NCBI GenBank assembly: GCA_013265495.1
Contig: MU058423.1
Span: 2,929,061-2,993,060 of the forward strand
Direction of reading: 5' to 3'
DNA: 64,000 bases
Origin: Vicugna vicugna
Lineage: Eukaryota
Every line of letters starts with the position of its first letter. Position 1 is the first letter of the stretch. The notes under the pieces were generated by a model. It saw only the letters and a program-made list of their open reading frames with translations, searched no databases and was not told where the DNA came from. The position numbers were made by a program, and so were the translations under genes. This document shows positions 10,721-24,330 of the stretch, piece by piece.

Positions 10721-12348
10721 CTGTGGGGCAGAAATCGGAAGTCAGTTCCAGAGGCCAGGCGGTGCTTATTGAAGAACCCAGATGGCAGCAGAGGGTCTGC
10801 TGGGGGCAGATTAAGTTGAGTGTGCTGGAAAGAGCACGGACTAAGTCCAACTCTGCCACTCTAGCTGCGTGACCTAGACCTAGACAAAATGTAGTTTCCT
10901 CCTTTGTAAAAGGGATGTGATAGTATCTTTCTTATTTACCGCCTATCATTGTGGTGAGATTGAAAGGCATATGAAGATGTGGAAGTGCTTTATAAAATGC
11001 TGTATGGCCTTGCTGGCTGAGTGTGGTGTTCAGACCCACTGAATCAGAACCTGTGCATTAACATGATTCCAGGTGACTTATATGTTCATTAAAGTTTGAG
11101 AAGCACCACTATCATAATATGTCAATTGTCCACATTTGCTCAGCAGCGCACCTCCCAGGATAGTGAGGGTTTTGCCTAGGTCAAGTGAGCAGATACTTCA
11201 ACTTGTAATTTCTTTAGCAAAGTTCTCAGACTGGTCCTTCTTTTATGAAAGAGAGCGCCATGCCCAGTGGGTAAGGATGGGGGCGGGGTGGGTGGGTAAG
11301 GAAGTGCTTTACTACTGTAACCAGATTTCCAAATTGAAAAGTACTTTGGCAAATGTTCCCTCTCAAAAGTCTAAAAAGTTTGCTCACCTCATGAACATGC
11401 AATAAGCTGTTCAGCTCTGAGTAATGTAAGTTAAGGGAAGGGAAACTAACACCTTGTGAGCAACTACCGTGGGCTGAGCGCTGCGCAGGGATGGAAAGGA
11501 GGGAGCTTGAAAGAGGGAAGGGAGAAGCCAGACTGGCAATAAGCAAGCCCATTCATTTGTGGTTCCCCCTCATCTTTAAAGCAGACGTAGGCAGAAGACT
11601 TCACTTGGGCTTTGGAAATCCATTTATGGCTTTTCTTTCAGCTTTGGCCATTTTCTTGAAATCTGAGGACCTCCAGTTCCCAGCTGCTGTCTACACAGCT
11701 GTGCTAACCAATGGGCTCAACCTGAGCTAGCCCAGAATCACAGACTGTCAATCCCTCTTGTTTTACAGACGAGGAGCCTAAAGCCTACAGGGGAATAGTG
11801 GCTTTCCCAAGTTCACAGAGCTAGTCAGTGGCAAAGTTCAGGTGCCCTGTGTTCTAGTCCAGTGCTCCTTCCATGGTACCACCTGCTTGTAGTTTTTGGT
11901 TTTTTTGGGTTTTTTAGTGGCAGACAAGTTGCTTATTGTCCTAGGTCTTCTTGGGACATGGAGGCAAATAAGACAATGAGAACAATCCCTCCCAATCTTC
12001 TTGCACCAAATAAAGATGAACTGTCTATGTGCACATCTGGCTTTATGTTTTACAGTTTTTAAAAAAATCTTATCTCATGCTGTGAGGAGGAAGAATTTGA
12101 GTAGCATGTGGCTAAATGATGGGAGAAGCTAGATGGGATGAGAAAGCAGTAGGCAAATCAGCCTGGGGAGCAGCTAGGAACGAGTGTTAGCCTTCAGGGT
12201 GACTGTCAGACCATTACCCTGGTCTCCTCTGCTCTGAACCGACACTTCCGCAAGCCAGAAGCCCTCTCCTCTACAACACTCCAAGCTGTGTGGGACTTGG
12301 ATGTGGCTGAGGTTGGCATGTGCTTCCCCTTAGCTTTGCATTTCTCAC

Positions 12349-12439
12349 CTAAATCCCGGCACAACCAGGGTGAGAATCATGAAGTCATTGTCTGAGGCTC
12401 CAACAGCTGTATAAATGTGGTCATCAGCCACCTCCCAGC
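12349..12439 (-). CDS. ELAPOR1: ELAPOR1 exon 11 (G)WEVADDHIY...VVPGF(R)
   Basis: AG/GT boundaries, 91 nt. Confidence 0.95.
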
Positions 12440-12837
12440 CTGGAAAAGGAGAGGGAGGAGTTAATACTGAGCAGTCTTGGGTGCAGGGCAGACTCGCACT
12501 CAGGTGACACTCTGGAAGGGTGATAACACCATCCTTTGAGATGTCCAGAACTACCATGGAACACAGACCAAGTTACTTTTCTGGTTACTTTGGTCAAAGC
12601 CTCTGAAACTCTCAGAGCAAGACCTTTGGAGTGTGTGCACGTTGTTTCTAGTCCTGTTTTTGTCTCAAAAACTACGGTTTGGTAGAATTATGTCCATGAG
12701 GAGTAGAGCATTCAGGGGAATGCATGGCCTGATTAGCTGTTTTTTTCCAGACATCACTACTATGAGGAGACACGAGGTGGGAAGAGCCCCTGTGGCAGGG
12801 CAGCGAGCTGAGAGCTCCTGGTCAGGGAGGCAATTAC

Positions 12838-12966
12838 CTGTCATGCCCTTGTACTCAAAGTTGATCCCGCTGAGGACAGTCGTTTCCATGTTTGTGGGTA
12901 GCGTGTTCCACCATTTGTATTCGAACCCCACGGCAGGTTCAGTCCCCGCTGGGCAGTGGCTACAAT
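12838..12966 (-). CDS. ELAPOR1: ELAPOR1 exon 10 (D)[10 protein letters not shown]...YKGMT
   Basis: AG/GT boundaries, 129 nt. Confidence 0.95.
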
Positions 12967-13674
12967 CTGGGGGAGCCATAAGATCCCCGCATTCAGCAGG
13001 AAGCCTGCAGCCACCCTGCCTGGAGCTGCTATTACACAGACAAGTGGCAACAGTGGTGGGCAGCCCCACAAGGGTGGGGCTGCGCACAGCTGCACAGTTA
13101 AACTAAGCTGACTAGAGAACACTCTGACAATGTATGTCCACACTGACCCTTCATTCCAGTATTCTAGCTAGCCTGCATGCCCACCAAATGATTCATTTCA
13201 AAGCTTAAATGCATCTCCTAGGCTGATACATATAGCGCATATTATTTCTCACATCGTTATCAGCAAATGCATTCACAACAGTAGCTACACAAATCCCCCA
13301 ATTCCTCTTTGCAGAGTGGCTTACCAGTTCTATTTGTGTCAAGATGGCCATCCTAGCTCCCCAAACCTTCTAGTTAGCACCACTGCCACGTGGTGGAAGC
13401 CTCTGTTGTGAGGATGAGGTCCCTTCAGGACTGAGTCACATTCGCAGTTGGAATGAGGAGGAAGGCAGGCAGTTCTAGGTGTGGCTCAGACCTACAGACC
13501 CGGCCCACTTGATGTCTCCTCTCCTGAACTTAGTCCTCAGAGGTGGCCTGGCCCATACTGCTTCCCTGGGACGGACAGACTCCGTATTCAGCTGACACTG
13601 CGCCCATGCGGCCCGCCCACGTGAGTGGTGTGAGAATGGATGTGCGGCAGGGAGTGGGGCAGGAGGGGGGTTAC

Positions 13675-13852
13675 CGGAGCCATTGGAGTAAAAGCCATAA
13701 GGGCAGGGCTCGCAGGCGCTGCTGTTGGTCTTGAAGAAGCCTGGGTTGCAGGGCGGGCAGCTGGTCTTCACGCCAGAGGCGGGCAGCTTCACCGCCCCCT
13801 CCAGATCTTCGCTGCAGATTTTCGGCTGGGCCCATTTGTACATGAGCTGCGT
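13675..13852 (-). CDS. ELAPOR1: ELAPOR1 exon 9 [11 protein letters not shown]...YSNGS
   Basis: AG/GT boundaries, 178 nt. Confidence 0.95.
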
Positions 13853-14469
13853 CTGCAGAAACAATGCACGGCTGCCTGTGTGGGAGCAGCACATCTTCAG
13901 GAATCTACCTGGAAGGTGGGGGGCCCTGGGCTCTAGTGTAAGCTCCAGTAGGGTGGGGAACTTTGTTTTGGTCACCGATGTAGGGCAGGCACCTAGCCCA
14001 GTGCCAAGCACATGGCGGTGCGTCGTAAATACCTGCTGGAGAATGTTGACTGGATGAAGAGAGAGAGACCTGAAGACGACTTGTGTGTCCGAGGGAATGG
14101 GGGGACCAGTTGTCTCTAGAGAAAGCTCTGATTCCAGTGTAGACTCTTATCACTACCAGTGTCACAGGACAAGCAGCTGGTGAAGGTCCCAGAACACAAA
14201 AAGGCATGGAGTTGGCTCACGTAAGCCCTGAGGCAAGAAGGGTGGCTCAGGCGCCCCAATTTGTCTTCCAAGTGTTTGCTGTGCTTTCTCACGTATTCAG
14301 TAGACGTTTATAGAAAGTCTAATACATTTCTGTGCCAGACCTGGTGACTCAGAGATGACTGACCGGGCCCCTGACCTCAAGGAGCTCACCGTCTAACAAG
14401 GGCACTAATCACACAGTAACAATCCCCACGGGGGTACAGACATGGCATTCTCTAGAACATCAAGGCAAG

Positions 14470-14762
14470 AGGAACAATTGTCAAAGAATACAAATTTGCA
14501 GTTATAAGGCCAGGAAGTTCTGGGGATCTAAGGTACAGCACGGTGATTAGAGTTAGTCAGACTGCATCATATACTCGAGAGTTGCTAAGAGAGTAGATCT
14601 TAAACATTCTCACCACCATAAAGAAATGGTCATTATGCGACCCAGTGGAGGTGTTAGCTAACTCTGTGGTGGTCATCATTTTGCAATATGTAAGTGTGTT
14701 GAATCAACACATTGTACACCTTAAACTTACGTAATGTTATGTGTCAATTATATCTCAAAAAA
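14470..14762 (+). mobile_element. Old L1 (L1M) 3' end
   Basis: GTTGCTAAGAGAGTAGATCTTAAA...TTGTACACCTTAAAC...TATATCTCAAAA; boundaries approximate. Confidence 0.7.
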
Positions 14763-17235
14763 CTGAGGGGGATAATAGGCAAGGGGACTGGTCAACCAGG
14801 TCAGCAGGCAAGAGAAGCATTGTGTCTGTCAGTTACTAGGGCCATCCCTAGGCTTTTGCTGGAGGCACTGGATAGAGCAGAGGAGATGGACTGCAGGAGG
14901 CCCCAGCGAGTCAGGGGTGAGGTTGGACAGCTTCCTGTGTGGTCCTCGGGCAAGTCAGAGACATAAGGATTGCCCTGGAGTGGTGCCAGAAATGCTCTGT
15001 GCAGCATACTGTACGTGTGAAAAGGTGGGTGAATTAGGTATCTGTCCACTTTATTCAGGATAAGAAATGACAAGGTCTTAAAAGGAGCGCATGCTGCCTT
15101 CATTGAAGGTGAGCCCTGAACAGACAACTCCTCCCCTGCTCAGCCCAGCCTTCCTCTGAGCAGAACAGAGGCAAACTCAGCCAATGGCTGGAGCCCCAAA
15201 CTAGTGCTCTAACCTCATCTCCCCCGACTTGTCCCCTCGGATCTCATAGAGAGAAGGTCTGGGAGCAGGCAGATTGGCCTGGGCTGATTCTTGGAGCAGC
15301 ACACTCAGCAGCCCCAAAGGGTAGGCCATTCCCGCCCTGAGAATGAAGCACAGCACAGGCCTCAGAGGGGATCGCAGGAGTCATTCAAGGTGTGTCCCTT
15401 GATTTTAAAATACAGCTTAGAAGGCAAAGTGAAATCATGAGACAGAACAGAACCAGTGTGGATCTGAGGCATGAAACTTCTGTAAGGGGCTCCTCACCAC
15501 ATCCCACATCTACTGCAGGGGCTCCTCCCTGAGCTGTGCTTTGCCTGGGCTGCAGTGAGGGTACAATGGCTCTGGCCCCACCCAGCATTTAAAGGTCCCC
15601 CGAGGTGGTCAGGGGAGGGAGACACCCAGGCTTATAGGCATCAGAGCACATAACAGATCTAGAAGGCTTGGCCTAAGGCAGGAGGGGAAAGAATAGGGCC
15701 GAAGGAAGCAAAGACAGCCACAGTCGGCCACATGTTATGTCCTGGAGGGAGAAGAGGAGCAGGATGGTCCTCATTTAATTAGCGAGTCGACTGAAGCCAA
15801 AAAAATGACAATAATTTTTACAAGGTCATACAGAACACCAGACAGTACAGAAGTGGGTCTGTGGGGAACTGACGAGATCTGTCATCTTGCTTGGCTGCTA
15901 GGGAAGGTGAGGGAGTAAGAGATGACTATGAAAACAATCATCATTAAGGACTAGAGTTTATTCCATGCTTAATTAGCAAAGGGAGAATTCAGCCAGCCGT
16001 CCAGCCAGCAAACATTTATACATCCTAAGCCAAGCACATGCTTAGGGCTAAATGATGCAGAATTCCTGACTCCTATTTTCCTAAGGGGCTCTGCATTAGG
16101 GATACAGACAGTTCCTCCAGAATATCTAATCTCAGACAGATCCTTCCACTTGTGCCCTGGAGCCATCCCTGCTCACTGACTGCTGTTCCTCGATGTCACA
16201 GGCACACACCCATCTCCGCTACTCCGGCTGTGCCCACTGGACAGTGGTGTGGCTCTGGCTCCCCCTGACCTCACTCAGGCCTCTGCTCAAAGGTCACCTT
16301 CTCAGAAAGGTCATCCCTACCCTCTCTAAGAGAGCTCTGTCATGCGCTATCTCCTGATCCTGTTTTACGTTTTTCTTCTTACCACTTATTACCATCCAAC
16401 TTATTATATACCCATTTGTTGTTTATCTGTTGTCTCTGCCTTCACTCGCTCCCTAACAAGAATTAAGCTCCATGGGAGTAGATTTTCCCTTGGTTCCGTG
16501 AACTGCTGCAAACCTAGTGCCCAGCACAGTCACTGGATGTAGACGGGAACAAATGACCTCCCCTGAAAGGCCGTCCCTGGCCCTCATTCCCTTTCTGTGT
16601 TCCCCCAGTGCCCTGCACACCCTTCTTGTCCCCTCCGCACTGGACCGTGAGCCCTCTGAGGGCAGGAGCCGGTCTTACTCATCTCTGACCAGCCCCCCAA
16701 CTGGAGCACGATGCCGGCACAGCAGCTGGTACCCAAAAATGCCTGCTGACTGGACGGCAGAGCAGACTACAAAGGGAAGTCTTTCTGAGGCAGAAAGCCT
16801 GCGGGGGAAGAGGGAGCCGGCAGCAACTGAACAGGTCAGGCCATTCTCCAGTAAGCCAGGAAGCAGGAGTCATCCCCTCGGCCAACCCGCCAGACCAGGG
16901 CTGAGGGGACAAGTCTGACAGATTCCATGAGGAAATAAGAATGCATGGACAGGCAGTCACTGCCCAGGGGGTGAAGTAAATTGAAGAAACCAAGCAAAAG
17001 AAAAAGAAAGCTTTTTTTTTTGAAACAGAGCGTATGTGAATAAGCAGAAGAACAAATGTGGCAAAAACAGTTTCTGACCTGAAATGAATGACCTCATTTT
17101 GCCTCCCCACTGGCCCCAGGGGCACTGAGGAGGCCTGTGGGGTTTTCTCGGGTGCTAGCTTCACGGACCTCTGGAGCTTTTAATCTGGCAAAGCCAAAGG
17201 AGTGGGCAAAGGGGCCCCAAGAGCATGCTACCCAC

Positions 17236-17324
17236 CTTTCCTGTGGCATCACAGGCCGTGTGGGTGAAGAAGTAATCTCTGTCTGTGCAGGCTGGCCGCA
17301 CTTGGCAGGTGGAGGATCCTTTTT
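17236..17324 (-). CDS. ELAPOR1: ELAPOR1 exon 8 (E)[29 protein letters not shown]
   Basis: Not in the ORF track; read manually; TAG| acceptor, |GTGGGT donor, 89 nt. Confidence 0.93.
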
Positions 17325-19734
17325 CTAAATGGCAGAAGCAAGGACAAATGTTTTAAAGTCACATAAAGAAGCAGAGCTCTTGATCACTTGCTCACGACGC
17401 TGTGATGCCCAAGACCCTGGAGGGTAGCGCAGCACAGATATGGTGGAAAGTAGCAAGTTCTGCACACCCACCTTCCCTTTGCCTGAATGGCATCATTTCC
17501 AGTCCCTAAAGCCCTGCTCAGGCACCCTCTCCCTGGTGCTGATGAGAAACCACTGGATCCACCCCGTGGAGCAGGGCGAGGAAAGGTGGACGGGCCAAGA
17601 CCAGCCAGGAAGGAGGTAGCCAGAAGGACCATCTTGCAGGTTAACCACCACCAGCCCAATTCCCTGAAATGCCCCATCTTCCAGGTGCCTCAGAATCCTG
17701 ACTGTGCTGGTGGTATTTCTACTCCTGAAGGGTTGAAGCAAAACATAAGAAAGCATAGGACAGTGCCTTCATCCTCTTATTCCAATTCTTTCTCTGAATT
17801 TTCTCTTACTATATGCCTAGAAGGCCTTCCGCCTTTCGATTTCCCCTTCTCCGTGAGCCATCCTACACGGATAAGGTGATGGTTTCCTCCAAGTCTTTTC
17901 ACCTTCTCCACCCCCAGGCATCATAGCACCATCTCTAACCCTTGACTGTACTTAATGAAAAAAGTTATTAACTATTGTTTTATTTATTTTACTCTCTGTA
18001 TGTTCTTATATCTAGGTTAGTTCTGCTTTAACCCTATGAGCCCCTGGATGGCAAGAACTATGTCAATGAATCGCTCTTTAAAGCAATGGATTTCACTTTT
18101 ATTGAATTACAAACCCTTTTGGGAATTTGAAAAAAAAAAGACCTCTTTCTTGTATCCTGAAAAATATACACAATTCATGCAAATAACTTTTTTTTAATTT
18201 TCAGGGAATTAATTTTCTCCAGAATAAAAACCTTTGCTTTACAGAGTGCCAGTACAATACTGCCACCAGTACTATTGTCACCACTATGTCTCATATGACT
18301 ATTGTGTCACCTGCAGGTAAGCAGGTGGTAATGGTGAGACTGCCTCTCTTTGTACATTACCTGACAGGCTGTTTGGTAGAGTGGAATGAGATTTTAAGTC
18401 AGACAGATCTGGGTTTGGATCCCACTTAATCATTTAGTAGCTGTGTCACTTTAGGCAAGTTACTTAACCTCTCTGAGCCTTGGTGCCCTGATTTGTAGAG
18501 CAGGAATAATAACATCTACCTTGCAGGAACGAGCACATACCTGCTACATTGTTAAGTAGGAACTTGCTAAATGCTGGTAACTATTATCACTTGGGTCTGT
18601 GGGAATTATTTTTATTTGGTAACTGTCATGGGATTTTTAATAAGGATTACAAGTCTCCTGTCTCTTCCAGTTAAGGCTTATTTCTCAGCTGATCCCTTCT
18701 TCTTCCCAAGGCATCAAATGAGTCGCTAGATCAGAGACTCTCCTAATTACCTGCCTTGTTGGCCTGCACTGGGGAGCTTCCCCAGTCACATATTTCCATA
18801 CATCTTCTGTCCCCATCTTATTAGCCTGGGAAAGAGGGAGCTGCTGGCTGAGAAACAGCTGGGGTCTTTTCAGCTCATTTACTTGGTTAACAAACAAAGG
18901 CCTGTTTCAACATAGAGCGATCCAGGGACTCCTGGTTTTGACAGACTTGGCCAGGAGAAATTTGGGGGGAGATGCTGAAAATATGCCAATCCCCAGGACC
19001 TCGCATGTTCGATCTAGCACATTGCAAGTTACGTGTTAGAAGCTGTGTTCCGTTCCACACAAGGACCTTTCTCTGCTTGTCAAATATTTGCTCAGCCTGA
19101 CCCCCCCGCTCCAGGTTTCGGCAAAAATCACCCAGCTGTTTACACACTGACAACTGCTAAGCTGGTTTTAATAAATGATTAATCCAAATGCTGAGACAGA
19201 CCTCACTTTCCTAGCTCAGGTTTCCTCAAGGTGTTGAAGTTGGAGACTAGTCCATTTTGAGTGATCCACCTAGACATCTTGTGAGAAAGTGAAAAGTGAT
19301 TCCTGTAGGATTGGCCCTGGGCAAAATTGTAAGAAGATAAAGTTTATTTTGTGGGCTCCAACTCCTCTTTCTGCGCCTTCCTCCTCCTTTCAGTAGCTTC
19401 TCTCTGCCTCCGGAAGTACAGCATTCTTGTTCTGATCCTTTTTATTGAAGGAAAACATTTCCTCTGAGGATTTCAGCACCTAATGAACACGAGGCCCAGC
19501 TCATACACCACCGCAGGCTCTGGGCAAACCCCTTAACCTCTCTGAGTTTCTCTTTCATTTATAAATGGGGAAATCATTCCTGAACTAGGCTATGAGTTAA
19601 CAAATGAGATAATGTTTTGTAAATTATAAAGTACTATACAAGTTACTTATTATTTTTGTTACCTATGCCCAGAGTGTTTGCACATTAGAAGAAGACTGCT
19701 GGGACAGGCTTTAATGTAAATGAATTTATAAAAT

Positions 19735-19940
19735 TAGTGCTTACTACATGCCAGGCATGTCTAAATCCTTTACCTGCTTTAATCAATCCACACAATGACA
19801 CTATGAGGGAGTAGGATTATTGTCATTCCCATTCTGCAGATGAGGAAACTGAGGCACAGACGAATAACTTGCCCAAGGTGGCATAGCTAGGAAGAGGTGG
19901 AGCAGGGGTTTGAACCTTATTGATTTTGCTCTTAAACCCT
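19735..19940 (-). mobile_element. MIR SINE (representative; others near 2860-3060, 18380-18590, 24600-24790, 28310-28540, 35260-35450, 56500-56680)
   Basis: Core CCCATT..CAGATGAGGAAACTGAGGCACAGA...ACTTGCCCAAGGT. Confidence 0.75.
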
Positions 19941-22386
19941 GTGCTATTCTATTAGGAAATGAGTCCCTAATATTAAACATAACACAAAGGAATTAACCCG
20001 AATGATCAAATTTAAGCTATCAATGAGAAAGATGCTCTCAGTCAAGACTTTGTCCTTGACATCTCCACTCCGATCAGCTCCTTGGTCTAGGTCCTGGATA
20101 CTAGCAATGGCCCCTGCTGCAAAATCTTCCGACTGTGGCCCCTGCCTCCAGCTCTTCCCTTCCTCATCCATTTTCCAAACAGCAACCAGAGTGGTCTTTC
20201 AAAAGCACAAGCCAGATCATGTCCTTCCCCAGTTTTAAATTCTTTAATGGCTTCCACTACTGATAGGGTCAAATCCCAACTCTGTAGCAATGACACAGAA
20301 GGGTTCATCCATAATCTGTTCCCTACCCACCTATTAGCCTCAGAGACTAATTCTCTCCAAGTAAGCTCCAGCCACACTACGTTACTCCTGGACCCCCAAG
20401 ACTTCTGGCCTTGGCTCACATTTCTTCTGGAACATCCTGCCCCCATCAAATCCTCAACTCATTTTTCAAGACTCAGCTCATCTTTCAAGACCACAGCTGG
20501 TGAAGCCTTTCCTCCCCCCACAGAAAGGACTGACCACTTCTCTTTTTTGCTTCCACCACACACTACCCTCAGGACTCCCATCCCAGCACCTCCTGCACTA
20601 TGGAGTTCTTACACTTGGTGTTTCTATAACTGTTTCCACTTCTGACACAAGCTGGAGGGCAGACACCAGCTGCAACGCTAGCATCAGGCCCAAGCCCTGG
20701 CACCTAGTGGGCACTCGGAATAAATCTGCAAGTGAATAACTAAATGGTCACAGGGTGGTGACCATCTATGTACCTTCCATCATAGGCTCACATGAGACTC
20801 TCTCTGCACTTTTCCAGGCTCCAACTGACCCTGTCTCCTGGAAGAGTCAAGTCCCAAAGAAATCTGCCTCTCTTTATATCCCACGCTGACCATAATCTTC
20901 ATTGTGAAAACTCACTTTCCAGTCAAAGGGGGGTGGATTAGGAAACTTACGGCAAAAGAATAGATTTCAAGAACTCAGACTCCCAATCTAACACTTTCAC
21001 ATTAGCTTTCTGGATGAAAATCAGTTTACATAGATCAAAACACTTGTAGGCAGTTTTTCTAGAACCATCTTGCCATTTAAACCCTGTCCCACGGTGAAGC
21101 TGGAAAGGAAGCTGGAGAAAAACACTAACAAAGACTGTCATTGATAGAGCAGGGAAGAGAAATAAGAAATTCAAGTGGAAAAACAGGAATTTAGACATTT
21201 AGACTTACAGATAAAAACTTGCCCCAAGATCTAAACATTTCTATTCTTGTTGAAAACTACACTCGTTTGGCAAGATCTGTGTAGATAAATAAGACTTTTG
21301 TTTTAGGAACAGTGTAGAAATAAGCAGTTCACAAGGTCAATGGCTGGTCTTGGCTGAGCAAACATGGACTGTAACACCTGTGTGAAGGCGGGTGTGTCTG
21401 TGTAGGGATGGGGGCGTCTGCTTGAGAGAGGGCCTTGAGCTGGGTTTGTACTTAGCTCTGTGCAAAAAGAGCAAAATGGAATACTCATGGGCATTTGCAG
21501 GGGATGAGAGGAGACGCTTTCTCTCTCTCTACTTGTTTGTTTCAGAACCTGTCTTGAAGATCGGTCCCTGTGCCAACCACTGGACTGCCTGAGCAGAGGC
21601 CCTCTGGGGCCACTGTCCATCTTACATCAGAGCCCTGCTGCCCCCAAGAGCCTCTCAAGTGACCAGATCCCGTTTCTCAAGTTGGGATGTTTCAGGATGC
21701 TATCCAGGGACGGCAGAGATAGGCTGTTTCCAGCTGTCCTCTTATTTTCCCTTAAAGCAGCTGTTTTCAAGCTGTGTTCCAAGGAACTCTGGATGTCCTG
21801 AAAAGGCTTGCTTTGAATTCAATGGATATAAATATACCTTCTGTCTTTAGCGCCTGCTATCAAAATGTTCTGCTCATCAATACAACCCCATGGCTTTTCT
21901 AAACTAACTTTGATAATAGTTGTTATAAATTAAACTATATACATTTACACCTCTTTTATCTACTATATACATTATAATTATAATCTTAAGTTTTCATTAA
22001 AATACAAAAAACGTCCTTGCCCCTCCCTGCTCCCCCCAAAAAACCATTGCAACCCTCTTCCCAAGCTTTCCTAATCCGTCTAACCCTGACTGTGTTTTCT
22101 TTTTGCCCTGGTGCCCTGCAGTTTTTGCTAATATACTATATAATTTATTATGTAGTTATTATAGTTATTATTTATTATCTGTCTTTCCCTCACCAGAACC
22201 TAAGTTCCATGAAGACAGGGACCCTCGTCTATTCTGCTCGCTGATGTGTTCTAGACATCTAAAACAGGGTCTGGCAGATAGTAGAGGCTCAATAAATACT
22301 TATTGAATGATTTCATTTCAAGGATGATTAGTTGGCAGGGCTCTTCCAGCGCCCAGAAAGCAAGGGCTTAAGAATTATCATCTTCA

Positions 22387-22500
22387 AATCTGAAAATATA
22401 TGTATATATGTATGTATATGTATAACTGAATTGCTTTGCTGTACACCTGAAACTAACATTGTAAATCAGCTACACCTCAATTAAAAAAAAATTTTTTTTA
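22387..22500 (+). mobile_element. Short L1 3' tail with 17-bp TSD
   Basis: TGCTGTACACCTGAAACTAACATTGTAAATC...A-tail; TSD 22370-22386 / 22501-22517. Confidence 0.75.
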
Positions 22501-22610
22501 AAGAATTATTGTCTTCAGCTTGGCCAAAATGATGGCTCTGCTTCCTGTTTCTCCCTCTGTGTATGTTGGTACCTCCCCCACCAAACTCTTCCCACCCTCA
22601 GAAACATCAC

Positions 22611-22760
22611 CTGAATATTTGTCAGGGTCACACTGGTGGCAGGTAGTTTCTCCCTTACTGGAATAAGAGTTAGCTGGGCAAAGTTTGCAGAAAGAGGAGC
22701 CCTGCTTGTCTGCGTACGTGCCGGGTTTGCAGGGGAAGCATTCTGAAGTGTAGGCCACTC
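22611..22760 (-). CDS. ELAPOR1: ELAPOR1 exon 7 [13 protein letters not shown]...DPDKYS
   Basis: AG/GT boundaries, 150 nt. Confidence 0.95.
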
Positions 22761-22918
22761 CTAGGGAGGAAGAAAAACATAGAAAAGCAAGGAGCCTGGA
22801 GCACTAAGCCTGGAGACTGAGCCTCCTGGGGACTAACCCCACCCTCCCTGCAGAGAGTCACGAGGCCCGGAAGTCAGCAGCAGACCCCAGACCCAGTCCC
22901 ACTCTCTGCTCTCCGTAC

Positions 22919-23024
22919 CTGTTATGGCGATGTTTCTCACCAGCACAGGCTTGGAAACTTTGGACCACACTGAGAAGGCTGTGGTTCTCCAATAGAGGAC
23001 ATTATTGCCTCGATTTAGCTCGAC
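22919..23024 (-). CDS. ELAPOR1: ELAPOR1 exon 6 [12 protein letters not shown]...NIAIT
   Basis: AG/GT boundaries, 106 nt. Confidence 0.95.
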
Positions 23025-23617
23025 CTGAAAACCACAAACAGGAAGAGTTCGTTCAGTCACAGAGACAGATGTTGCTAACCCATCGCATTAGCCTCTCGTT
23101 GGAAAGCCTCCTCTTGCAGTCTGCAGGGCAGGGCCCATTCTGCTGCTCTCCCTCAGCTTCCCTAGCTCTGCCCGTCCTCCCATCTTGGTGTAGCCCCTCT
23201 CTCCTTCTACACCTCCTCTTAAAACCTGCCCATGCCCTCTCCCACTTCGCCCTCAGTCACCTTATACCATGAGCATCTCTATGGTGAGACTGATGAAGGG
23301 ACCTGAAGGTACTGACAACAGGATGACTGAAACTCCCTCATTCTCTGTGCTATTTATCCATGACCCATCCCCCGAAGACTTGGCCCTTAAAGCTGGAAAG
23401 CTGCTCATCCTTGAGGTCAAGCCATAGAAGCAAGTCAGTCCACACCCAGGTTCTGTCAGCTCCATAGGAGAGAAACCAGAGCACCCTCATCATGTCAGAC
23501 CTCTGCTTTCTAGGGAGAGGAGAGTGGAGGCCCAGACTGGGAGGAAGCACTCTTTGAAGGAAAGGTACCTGGTCCCTTTTCTGGGGTCTCCAGGGAGCAG
23601 GCTGGTATGATACTCAC

Positions 23618-23698
23618 ACTGTGGAATTCCCATCCTTTCTCTGTGGTTTTCATCCACCTGGAGTCATCTGCATTGGGCTGGCACTGGTCATTTTGAAC
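23618..23698 (-). CDS. ELAPOR1: ELAPOR1 exon 5 [27 protein letters not shown]
   Basis: AG/GT boundaries, 81 nt. Confidence 0.95.
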
Positions 23699-24182
23699 CT
23701 GAGGCAGCAGGAATTTGAGATCAGAGTCTTAGCTTTCTAAGGAAATGAGTTCCTTACCCTATGATGCACCAGCCCCTCCACATGGTCCTTCTTATGGGGG
23801 AAGAGTTGCCTATTTCCTCTAGGGACTGAGCTCAGAACTCATGAGCCTTGAAGTAGGTCAGGAGCTAGTTACACACACAAACTCTCAGTGCATTGACCCC
23901 AAAGAAATAATGTGTAACTCAGAGCTGCTACATGCTGTTTTCATGTCTGAACAGGGTGAAACACCAAGAATCTCTCAGATTCTACTCTTTCCCCCAGGGT
24001 CCTGTGACTTTCTGTCTTTATCTGTGCCTCTTGAAGCCTCAGCTCATTTTGCCCACAGTTCCCTCCAGAGGAAAAACAGCGGTGGAAACTTCCCAAGCAG
24101 GACTGTGCGTGTGATTGCTGTAAAGGAATCTGAACCTTGGAGAGCCTTTGCCTCCCACCCTCCCCCTTGGCCAGGGGCTCAC

Positions 24183-24330
24183 AAAAAACTCGAAGATGAT
24201 GCTGGAGTCTGGGTAGTAGTACTCAAAGTTAACAGTGCCAGACTGCTTCAGGTTGACGGCGTACATCAGCGTGGCTGTACATTCGTCCGTGTTGGAGGAG
24301 ATGTAGTCGCCCAGAGGAACCCACTTGGAC
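24183..24330 (-). CDS. ELAPOR1: ELAPOR1 exon 4 [10 protein letters not shown]...SIIFEFF
   Basis: AG/GT boundaries, 148 nt. Confidence 0.95.

Noticed and set aside
20746..20763. GGTCA...TGACC as an estrogen response element for this estrogen-induced gene
   Set aside because: Spacer is 8 nt rather than 3; I did not spot a canonical ERE by eye
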